Of a DNA stretch of 42,818 nt, positions 9,385 through 17,149 are shown one piece after another; the first letter of the stretch is position 1; each line of letters opens with the position of its first letter. Both the position numbers and the translations under genes were made by a program. The notes beneath the pieces were generated by a model that had not been told where the DNA came from, did not search any database, and saw only the letters and a list, made by a program, of their open reading frames with translations. The stretch is from Marinilabiliaceae bacterium (GTDB lineage Bacteria > Bacteroidota > Bacteroidia > Bacteroidales > Marinilabiliaceae): positions 1 to 42,818 of the forward strand of contig JALVJU010000091.1 of assembly GCA_027034005.1 (NCBI GenBank), in the 5' to 3' direction.

Positions 9385-9466
9385 TTTCCTGACACTTAAC
9401 ACAACCATCCTCTTCCTCACCGGAACTGGATGGCTTTTTGTCTAAAATAACCTGTAACAATACACA

Positions 9467-9883
9467 ATGGCTGCCAACATCCATACATTCTCCAAAAAAG
9501 AAAAGCTTTGTAGCCATAAAGTTATCGATGACCTGTTTTCCACAGGAAGGTCTTTTGTTTATTATCCTTTCAGGGTGGTACTTTTAACCGATGAAGAGCA
9601 GGACATTCCCATAAAAGTTCTCATCAGCGTTTCAAAACGACGGTTTAAAAGGGCATACAAAAGAAACCTGCTCAAACGACGTATCCGGGAAGCATACCGG
9701 CTCAACAAGCATATCCTTGTTCCCCTTCTTGAAAAGAACTCTATAAACATTGCACTTGCTTTTGTATATTTGCCTGTGGAGATCATGGATTACAAATACA
9801 TTGAAAAGGCAATGCAAAAAACACTGACAGGCCTGATAAAACGATTAAGCCTGTCAGAAGACTACGAAAATGAACAAGGATAA
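9467..9883 (+). CDS. rnpA: ribonuclease P protein component
   Basis: 138 aa, basic. [41 protein letters not shown] (RNR-like motif). Followed by yidD. Confidence 0.85.
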   Translation: MAANIHTFSKKEKLCSHKVIDDLFSTGRSFVYYPFRVVLLTDEEQDIPIKVLISVSKRRFKRAYKRNLLKRRIREAYRLNKHILVPLLEKNSINIALAFVYLPVEIMDYKYIEKAMQKTLTGLIKRLSLSEDYENEQG

Positions 9884-10157
9884 CATTTTATACAAAATAT
9901 ATAAATTAATCCGTGACGGATTGTCATGGCTTCTTATCTTTCCTGTAAGGCTTTACCAGTTGTTCATCTCACCCATGCTCGGATCGAACTGTAATTTCAC
10001 ACCTACCTGTTCTGCCTATTCCATCGAAGCCCTGAAAAAACACGGCCCTGTAAATGGCCTGCTGTTGTCCATCTGGCGTATTATTCGATGTAACCCCTGG
10101 GGCGGCCACGGGAACGATCCCGTACCCGAGAAGTTCCGTTTCCCTCCGTACAAATAA
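9870..10157 (+). CDS. yidD: membrane protein insertion efficiency factor
   Basis: [35 protein letters not shown]...[14 protein letters not shown], the hallmark YidD motifs. Overlaps rnpA by 14 nt. Confidence 0.9.
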   Translation: MNKDNILYKIYKLIRDGLSWLLIFPVRLYQLFISPMLGSNCNFTPTCSAYSIEALKKHGPVNGLLLSIWRIIRCNPWGGHGNDPVPEKFRFPPYK

Positions 10158-10299
10158 TCCAACAACTGTCCACTTTGGGCTTCTTCCCTGTCTTATATGT
10201 GATTTCAGTAAAAAGTAAGTGTATTCCGCATTAGGTTTGTCATAATATAAAACCATGAATACCGAAAATTAAATTCACAAAACATAAAGAACCCAAATT

Positions 10300-10812
10300 A
10301 TGAAACGAACATTTTCTTTTTCACTGATCTTAATTTTATTTCTGTCAGGGCTATCTGCACAAGAGAAAACAAAACCGGAATTCACAGTTCCATACAACAG
10401 TGTGGAAGCCAATTTAAGCCTTCTTTTTCTTGCCCCGTCACTCGAATACGGGCGAATACTTTTACATAAAGACAAATGGTTCCTTAACGGTTCGGCAGGA
10501 ATAGGAACAGTGGCCATGGCCGGAGGCATAACAGTACCGCACCAGTTAACTTTTAATTTCGGCAAACGGTCCAGTTTCTTTGAAGTAGGGGCAGGAGGTA
10601 TTTTCTGGAACGGGGAAACAGACGCATCCGGTTTCACCAAAAGGGAGAGCAGTTACAACATTGGCCCTATCCTGGGCTGGCGAAAATACTGCAAACGCAA
10701 GTTCTTCTTCCGGCTTTACATGAACCCATTGGTGCTGAAACCTATAAGCAACGATTTCTCCGATGTTCTGTACATCCTTAACACAGGCTTTAGCTTCGGA
10801 TACTCTTTTTAA
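10300..10812 (+). CDS. hypothetical secreted / outer-membrane protein
   Basis: 170 aa. Signal peptide FSLILILFLSGLSAQ, Gly/aromatic beta-strand pattern, terminal F (FGYSF). Confidence 0.5.
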   Translation: MKRTFSFSLILILFLSGLSAQEKTKPEFTVPYNSVEANLSLLFLAPSLEYGRILLHKDKWFLNGSAGIGTVAMAGGITVPHQLTFNFGKRSSFFEVGAGGIFWNGETDASGFTKRESSYNIGPILGWRKYCKRKFFFRLYMNPLVLKPISNDFSDVLYILNTGFSFGYSF

Positions 10813-10835
10813 TCATCACGCCTCAATATAAGCCC

Positions 10836-10882
10836 ATACCCTGATGCATTGCAAAACAGCTTTGTGTCAGGGTATTTTTATT
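10836..10882 (+). terminator. rho-independent terminator candidate
   Basis: 9-bp stem ATACCCTGA/TCAGGGTAT (10836-10844 and 10867-10875) followed by TTTTTATT, 24 nt after the stop at 10812. The loop is long at 22 nt. Confidence 0.5.
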
Positions 10883-11038
10883 AAAAAGATACACAACACT
10901 TTACTACATCATATTTTATGCTCTTCTTATCAAAAAAGATTGCCCTTTGAAGCAGATTGTTTTACTTTTAAGCAAGCGCTGTTCATATGAAATTATTTTT
11001 CGTACATATCATCTTATTAATGTTGTTTTTGCCTGTTA

Positions 11039-11506
11039 ATGTATTTTGTAAAAAACACAGGACATGAACCTCCAAAATGGATAAATGAGGTATTACGGAA
11101 AGAGATGTATCCCGAAAAGGATTGTTTTGTCCAGTTCGAACAATTCAATAATGTTAGCAGAAAGGAAGCGGAAAACAAGAAAGAGGAGATCGTAAAACTC
11201 CTGCAGGAAAGATTATCAAAACAGATACAAACATTCATTTCCACAAAAACTCTTTTCCTGCAATCGGAATCTGCTTCACACGGATACAACGAACTTTTCA
11301 CAAAAGAAACAAAAGTGGTAAGTTCAATGATATTTTTTGACAGCGAACCACTTATCTGGTTCGATAAAAGAAGCCGGAAACTTTTCGCAATGTATGCCAT
11401 TAAAAAGAAAGACCTTGGAGAGAAGTACAACAATCTCCTCCTGGGCAAGCTGAAAGCACTTACAAATGAAATAACAAAGCACACCGCAGCATCCCCATAT
11501 GTTTAA
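11039..11506 (+). CDS. hypothetical protein
   Basis: 155 aa with a charged, protein-like composition. The mirror ORF on the minus strand (11017-11484) is Ser/Phe/Cys-rich and looks like a shadow. No family recognised. Confidence 0.4.
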   Translation: MYFVKNTGHEPPKWINEVLRKEMYPEKDCFVQFEQFNNVSRKEAENKKEEIVKLLQERLSKQIQTFISTKTLFLQSESASHGYNELFTKETKVVSSMIFFDSEPLIWFDKRSRKLFAMYAIKKKDLGEKYNNLLLGKLKALTNEITKHTAASPYV

Positions 11507-11570
11507 AAACAAAAAGGGCGAACACCCACCAATGGCATCCGACCTTTTTTACAATCAAAGCTTATGTATT

Positions 11571-12035
11571 TTAGAAATTTTTCATTTCACTTTCCGAAAA
11601 TTGCTTAACCAACGAAAGCACGGCACTTGAACATCCCTCGGCACCGCCTTTGTATGAGAACACAAGGCTGTAAACGCCGGTCTTACCGCAGATGAATTGA
11701 CACGATTTGTAGTGTTTTCCTTTTTCAAAGTTACTTACAAGAAGCTTGTCTTTAAAGTAAAGCTGCATGATAACTTTTTCAGGATTCTCAGGGGCATCTA
11801 CCACATTAAACTTATACTGGCTCCGGCTTTGAAGAACAACAGAGAACTTAACATATCCTGTTTTCATATCTTTCTTGTCCTTAAGCAACTCAACCTTAAA
11901 ATCCTTAATATACTGGCCGTTGCCCATCTCTTTCAATGCCTGCTTCAATAATGCCTCAGAGTTGCATTCTTGTGCATATCCTGCCAGCGAGAACATTGAA
12001 AAGAGCACCAATAAACTGATAAATATTTTTTTCAT
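11571..12035 (-). CDS. small secreted protein (last gene of the signalling operon)
   Basis: The Met at 12035 gives MKKIFISLLVLFSMFSLAGYAQ signal peptide, and the mature part has four Cys. The ORF is open to 12059. Confidence 0.55.
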   Translation of the reverse strand: MKKIFISLLVLFSMFSLAGYAQECNSEALLKQALKEMGNGQYIKDFKVELLKDKKDMKTGYVKFSVVLQSRSQYKFNVVDAPENPEKVIMQLYFKDKLLVSNFEKGKHYKSCQFICGKTGVYSLVFSYKGGAEGCSSAVLSLVKQFSESEMKNF

Positions 12036-12081
12036 TCCTTTAGAATTTTCAATTGACATCCTTTTCCCTTTTATAACGAAT

Positions 12082-12999
12082 TTACGAAACTATGTATTCC
12101 CTGATCTTCTTGATCTGAGCAATAATGGCTTTCACCTGCTCAGGAGTGATATTCACATGACTGATCTCGTCCTGAATAATGATCAGAGAACCGTCTTTTT
12201 CCATTTTCTTAGGCTCGCCAAACTCAGTTGTGATCTTAACTTTGGAATACAGGCCCTTCAGATCCTGCAAATATGATGAAAGTTCCGTGAAATTCGGGTC
12301 ATTTTTATAATTTTCCAGTATGATAAGCAGGATATTTACAATATCTTTCTGCTCTCCCAGGCGGTTAATCAGTTCTTCATTATTCGTCTGCTCGATGACA
12401 CTTCCTGTAATGTACATTCCCTCGATCCATGTTCCGGCAACGATCAGTGAACTAACGTTACTGCGGTTCTGTTCGCGAAGATATGAATCCATCTCATTAA
12501 AACTTGACACTGATATCTCCATCAAAGAGTCCAGATTGTTGCTGTTGGTTGCAAGGCGCTTCAAAGCAGCAAAGTCGAAAAACTGACCTACTTTAATGCC
12601 ATCTGCAAGATTCTTCACAGCCAACAGGTAGGAAATAACGATAGAGTTCTTATCGAAAGTATTGATATATCCAAGATCGGCTGCGAAAACACCCAGGTTA
12701 AGAGCTCTTTTGAAGCTTGTGTTGTATTTATCCAGGTTGTTGGGATCGTTAAGAATCTTCTGAGAAAAAGCAACTCCGGTAGATTTTATCAGGGAAGCCA
12801 TCTCGACCGGTGACGAAATATTCTGGATTACATCACTGATAACTTCTTCAGATAATTTAAGAGGTGCATCGGTACTAAGCGAGTCTGTACTGATAAGTTC
12901 ATCCGAGTTTCCGGATTTTCCTGACGAATTTCCGGCACAACCTGACAAGAAGGCCGTACCTCCTACTATTAGTGAAATGTATAAGATCTTCTTTAGCAT
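12082..12999 (-). CDS. lipoprotein of unknown function
   Basis: 305 aa. Lipobox AFLSGCAGN followed by a Ser/Gly/Asp-rich linker. 62 nt downstream of the ABC transporter gene. Confidence 0.65.
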   Translation of the reverse strand: MLKKILYISLIVGGTAFLSGCAGNSSGKSGNSDELISTDSLSTDAPLKLSEEVISDVIQNISSPVEMASLIKSTGVAFSQKILNDPNNLDKYNTSFKRALNLGVFAADLGYINTFDKNSIVISYLLAVKNLADGIKVGQFFDFAALKRLATNSNNLDSLMEISVSSFNEMDSYLREQNRSNVSSLIVAGTWIEGMYITGSVIEQTNNEELINRLGEQKDIVNILLIILENYKNDPNFTELSSYLQDLKGLYSKVKITTEFGEPKKMEKDGSLIIIQDEISHVNITPEQVKAIIAQIKKIREYIVS

Positions 13000-13061
13000 G
13001 GTTAAAATAATTTTAAGTTTTAAGTTAACTGATGCTATTATACTATTAAAATCAAAAAAGG

Positions 13062-16000
13062 TTACCTTTTACGCAATTTTAATTCACCCATATAGGTTAA
13101 TCCCTTTCTCAGGAGATCGAAGTAAAGCACGACATACAGCATGATCGTGAGCACCCATACCATGGCGATATTGAACCACAAAGTGTCGAAGAAATGTCCA
13201 AATATGTATTTCTCAGGGGCAAAGAAGTGTGTGCGGAAGTCTACTGCATTCTTCGGCTCCGGTATTTGATAGACCGGATCAACCATCTGTACCAGTTTGT
13301 CCCCGTCACGTAAAATTTTATTCTTTTCGAATACCTGTCTTACGATATCTGAGATACTCTCATTGAAATACTCGTCCTTTACACGCTCAAACCGTTCTCT
13401 GTTAGCACGGATATTTGCTTCAATGAATTTCTCTTTTTTCGTGTTTGCCGCAATGAAAAGCTTACCGTAGTATTTTTTTAGTTTGTCAAGATGTGCAGCC
13501 AGTTTATCGGCCATTTCACCATTGAATTTTCCGGGAGCCAGATCTTCAACCTCCTTGAACTGCATCGAAGGAACCCTTTTGTTCTCTTTTTCTATCTCGT
13601 TTTTCAATAGTTTAAGGTCTGCGACGAACTGTTTGTCATTTTTGTAACCCTTTTGGGTGAGGGCATTTTTTGTGCTTTCAAGAATATCGTTAAGCTCCGG
13701 GATATAGTACACCTGCTTGAAGTCTGCCTGGCTCTCCTGCATCTCTACGTTAAAAATGTTCTTTTTAAAGTTGTTGTGCTTGTATTGCTGTACCATCAGG
13801 CCCTCGTATATCCATCGTGACGGCATCCATTCTGCCACGAAAGGAACCTTGTCGACACTGGTAATGTCCTTGTTCAGCTTGTCGAAAGTAAACATAGCCC
13901 CGCCAAGGACCATCTGCGGGATCATCAGCAGAGGTATTAAGATGTAGATGGTGACAATGGAGTTGAAAGATGCAGAGATGATTAGTCCCATAATATTGGC
14001 AAAGGCAGAAATGGAGAACAGCGCCAACCAGAAATCGAAGGTCATTCCTTTGATGCCAAGAATATTGTTTGCCACCAGGACGAACAGTATCATCTGAATG
14101 GCAGAAAGGGTGAAAAGAAGCAATATCTTGGACAGGAGATAACTAGACCTGCTGAGGTTGAGGAATGATTCCCGTTTGAGTATTTTGGCATCCTTGAATA
14201 TCTCTTCGGCACTTACTATCAGCCCGAAAAACAGAGCCACAACAATAGCCATGAACATGTAAGGAGGTATGTTCACATTCTCCCTGAAGATGTACACATC
14301 AGATTCGGGATCGGCAATGTAGCGGATCAGGTATGCCAGGATAAACCCGAGTATAGGTGCCTCAAGAATGTTCAGGAGGATATACTGCTTATTGCTTATC
14401 TTTGAGAAAAAGTCCCTCAGTGTATATATCTTGAACTGATTGAACCATGACGGGATATTGAGTGACTTGGGCGGCGCCTCGTCCACATCTTCTATCTCCG
14501 GTATCTTTATGTTTTCCTTGTAGTACGAATACCACTCTTCGGGCTTGGTTTTCCTTTGGTTCGTATAATTTCCGTACTCATCGATGACATTTGAATCGAT
14601 GATGTTGAAGATAAGTTCCGGATTTAGGTTGCCACATGTGGGGCACTCTCCGTATTCACTGTTTATCTGGGCATCGAGCTTTTTGAAGTATATCAGCGAC
14701 TCACTCGGGTTCCCGTAATAAACGGGGTAACCGCCCGTGTCAAGGATGTACATTTTGTCGAACATCTTATAGATGTCGGACGAGGGCTGGTGGATGACCA
14801 CGAATATGAGTTTCCCTTTCAGGGCAAGCTCACGGAGAAGGTTCATCACATTCTCCGAGTCTCTTGACGACAAGCCGGAGGTAGGTTCATCCACAAAAAG
14901 TATTGCAGGTTCGCGTATCAGCTCCAGTGCAATGTTAAGGCGCTTTCGTTGCCCGCCACTTATCATTTTGTTCAGGGGGGAGCCCACTTTAAGGTCTTTT
15001 CTCTCGTATAGGCCAAGGTTTATGAGGGTCTTGTTTACCATCTCCGTGATCTCTTCCTTGCTTTTGTCCTTGAAACAAAGGCGCGCATTGTAATAAAGGT
15101 TCTCGAAGACGGTAAGTTCTTCTATCAGCAGATCATCCTGCGGGATAAGTCCAATAACACCCTCCAGCTTTTCTGTGTCTTTATGCAGGTCGTAACCGTT
15201 TATCAGTACCTGTCCTTCGGTAGGTGATTCTATTCCCGACAACACATTCAGAAGGGTTGTCTTACCTGCACCACTGGCACCCATTATCCCGATAAGCCTG
15301 CCCTGTTCCTCAGCAATGTTGATATTCCGCAGGCCTATCGTTCCTGTCCTGAACTGAAACTTTACATCTTTTACACGATATGATATCCGTGTTGAAGTTG
15401 CATCGGACATGAAGTGCCCTACCACATCGGTGTAGTACAGCGGCGGCCCCACAGGCAATTTAATAAAGCTGCCTTTGGGAAAAAGATAAATGCGCCTGTT
15501 GTTGATCAGCAGTCCATTCAGGAACAGTTCCTGATCGCCGGTGTAACGTATAAAGTAAAGATTTGAACTCTCGACTTTAAGGATGAACAGGTCTCCTTGT
15601 AAACCATGTGAGTTAATGAAGATCGCATTTTTAGCCTTGAAATCCTGGGCAGAAAGAATAAGCATCACCTTTCTGTCAAGTTCGGAAACCTTGTTACTAA
15701 CAATGAATGCCTCAATACTTTCAACCTCCTTCTTTGGCAGTTTGAACACATCGGCCACTGTGTTGATGATGGCCATCCTCTGATCTGTAAATTTCCTGTC
15801 GGTATTTACCAATTCGTACAAGCGAACCAGTACTACCACTTTTTGTTCCTTGTTAAGCTTCCTGTTAATCTTTTTGCAGATACCAAGGATCTTAACGGAG
15901 TCTTTCATTGAGGTAAGCTTCACCTTACCATTATCCTCTCCGCCTTTCTTAGCTTTTTCGTCCTTTATATCGGCATGCTTCAGGAAAAGTGAATAATACT

Positions 16001-16136
16001 CATGAACGGCTTCCGTATTCAACTGCTGCTTCAGAAATGTTTTAACATACTCTGTTTCATTCGACTTTACTCCGCCATCCTGCTTTGCAATTAAACCGAA
16101 CAACTGCATTAAGGCTTTTAGTATCTCTTCACTCAT
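13062..16136 (-). CDS. ABCG-type fused ATPase-permease with N-terminal TerB-like and FHA-like modules
   Basis: 1024 aa. N-terminus: LFGLIAKQDGGVKSNETEYVKTFL (TerB-like). Then LYFIRYTGDQELFLNGLLINNRRIYLFPKGSFIKL (FHA-like). ATPase motifs: Walker A GASGAGKTT, signature ISGGQRKRL, Walker B ILFVDEPTSGLS. These are followed by ABC-2 type TM helices. Confidence 0.9.
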   Translation of the reverse strand: MSEEILKALMQLFGLIAKQDGGVKSNETEYVKTFLKQQLNTEAVHEYYSLFLKHADIKDEKAKKGGEDNGKVKLTSMKDSVKILGICKKINRKLNKEQKVVVLVRLYELVNTDRKFTDQRMAIINTVADVFKLPKKEVESIEAFIVSNKVSELDRKVMLILSAQDFKAKNAIFINSHGLQGDLFILKVESSNLYFIRYTGDQELFLNGLLINNRRIYLFPKGSFIKLPVGPPLYYTDVVGHFMSDATSTRISYRVKDVKFQFRTGTIGLRNINIAEEQGRLIGIMGASGAGKTTLLNVLSGIESPTEGQVLINGYDLHKDTEKLEGVIGLIPQDDLLIEELTVFENLYYNARLCFKDKSKEEITEMVNKTLINLGLYERKDLKVGSPLNKMISGGQRKRLNIALELIREPAILFVDEPTSGLSSRDSENVMNLLRELALKGKLIFVVIHQPSSDIYKMFDKMYILDTGGYPVYYGNPSESLIYFKKLDAQINSEYGECPTCGNLNPELIFNIIDSNVIDEYGNYTNQRKTKPEEWYSYYKENIKIPEIEDVDEAPPKSLNIPSWFNQFKIYTLRDFFSKISNKQYILLNILEAPILGFILAYLIRYIADPESDVYIFRENVNIPPYMFMAIVVALFFGLIVSAEEIFKDAKILKRESFLNLSRSSYLLSKILLLFTLSAIQMILFVLVANNILGIKGMTFDFWLALFSISAFANIMGLIISASFNSIVTIYILIPLLMIPQMVLGGAMFTFDKLNKDITSVDKVPFVAEWMPSRWIYEGLMVQQYKHNNFKKNIFNVEMQESQADFKQVYYIPELNDILESTKNALTQKGYKNDKQFVADLKLLKNEIEKENKRVPSMQFKEVEDLAPGKFNGEMADKLAAHLDKLKKYYGKLFIAANTKKEKFIEANIRANRERFERVKDEYFNESISDIVRQVFEKNKILRDGDKLVQMVDPVYQIPEPKNAVDFRTHFFAPEKYIFGHFFDTLWFNIAMVWVLTIMLYVVLYFDLLRKGLTYMGELKLRKR

Positions 16137-16156
16137 AACTTAACAATAAATATCAT

Positions 16157-16537
16157 TTAGTCTTCCAGAACAATGTATTCAAAAGGTATTTCAACAATAT
16201 CGGCATACTCCTCACCTGCTTCGAGCATGTCCTCTTCGTCTTCGTGATAATGCCACTTAATGGTTACCTCCTTGCCGTTTTCCACTATCTCTTCAAATTT
16301 CAGGAGGATATCGAGGATAACCTTTGACGATGCAGTGTTGAAATATTCAAGTTTAAAATCAAATACGGTTTTATCAAGCGGATCTTCAGCATATTCATCT
16401 ATCCAGTCCATGATAGGTTCAAAGAACATATTCACATCTTCGGGAAGGGATCGTCCGGATATTTCAAAATGTCCGTTTTCCTTATCAAGTATTACATTAG
16501 GAGTATCTTCTGTTCCTTTTATATTAATGACTTCCAT
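16157..16537 (-). CDS. SiaC-like regulatory phosphoprotein (DUF1987)
   Basis: 126 aa. GTEDTPNVILDKENGHFEISGRSLPEDV..FFEPIMDWIDEY...FKLEYFNTASSKVILDIL. The Thr in YFNTAS is residue 68. Confidence 0.8.
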   Translation of the reverse strand: MEVINIKGTEDTPNVILDKENGHFEISGRSLPEDVNMFFEPIMDWIDEYAEDPLDKTVFDFKLEYFNTASSKVILDILLKFEEIVENGKEVTIKWHYHEDEEDMLEAGEEYADIVEIPFEYIVLED

Positions 16538-16552
16538 GTGTATAGATTTTAG

Positions 16553-17125
16553 TTATTTACGTTTAATAGTTGATGTTAAGATAAAAAAGCTTATGTCGTC
16601 GTTAAGCTCTTTAAACTGATAACTAAGCTTACTGCCCGTTTTTTTTGCAATATCAATTAGCCCCAGGCCTGCACCTCCTTTGTCTGACAGGCGGCCTTCA
16701 CGCATCTGTTTTTTGTACAGGGCCGACAGGTCTTCCTTGTCAAGGCTGTTCACTGTTTCAAGGCTCTCTTTCAGAGCAGGTATCTTTTCGTTTTTGATCA
16801 CGTTCCCGGTAATGATGTTATACTCGTCCTTACCGTGGCTAACCATGACAATTCCGCGTTTTTCCTCTTCGCCTTCAAGTGAATCAGCATGTTTGCTGAT
16901 ATTCTGAAGACACTCTACCATTACATGAAAGACCTTGCGCTGTACCATGTTCGATTCTTCCGATTTTGCAAGGTTCTTTTCAGTAAGGGAGGTAAACGTC
17001 TTTGTTATCTCCTGAGTAACCACTCCTTCATAAACCAGGTTGATCTCATTAGTTTTCATTGATTTATACATTTGATATGCAAAATCAAGAAAACTATGAC
17101 CTTTATTTTCATTCATCTCACCCAT
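16553..17125 (-). CDS. SiaB-like GHKL-type Ser/Thr protein kinase
   Basis: 190 aa. LVYEGVVTQEITKTFTSLTEKNL, VFHVMVECLQNISKHA (N-box-like), GGAGLGLIDIAKK (G-box-like). Sits between a PP2C phosphatase gene and a DUF1987 gene. Confidence 0.7.
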   Translation of the reverse strand: MGEMNENKGHSFLDFAYQMYKSMKTNEINLVYEGVVTQEITKTFTSLTEKNLAKSEESNMVQRKVFHVMVECLQNISKHADSLEGEEEKRGIVMVSHGKDEYNIITGNVIKNEKIPALKESLETVNSLDKEDLSALYKKQMREGRLSDKGGAGLGLIDIAKKTGSKLSYQFKELNDDISFFILTSTIKRK

Positions 17126-17149
17126 AATAAAAATTTTTCTAAATATATA

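Noticed and set aside
11358-11364. GGTTCGA, a T-loop-like heptamer suggestive of a tRNA
   Set aside because: It lies inside an ORF and no acceptor or anticodon stems can be drawn around it. No tRNA was found anywhere in the window.
11017-11484. 155-aa minus-strand ORF exactly mirroring 11039-11506
   Set aside because: Its composition (Ser/Phe/Cys/Leu-rich) is shadow-like and the plus-strand product looks like a real soluble protein. Neither has a recognisable family, so even the plus call is low confidence.
11505-11550. A-run … GGGCG … CGACC … T-run between convergent genes, as a possible bidirectional terminator
   Set aside because: The stem is only 5 positions with a mismatch and has a 19-nt loop. 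The structure is not convincing.
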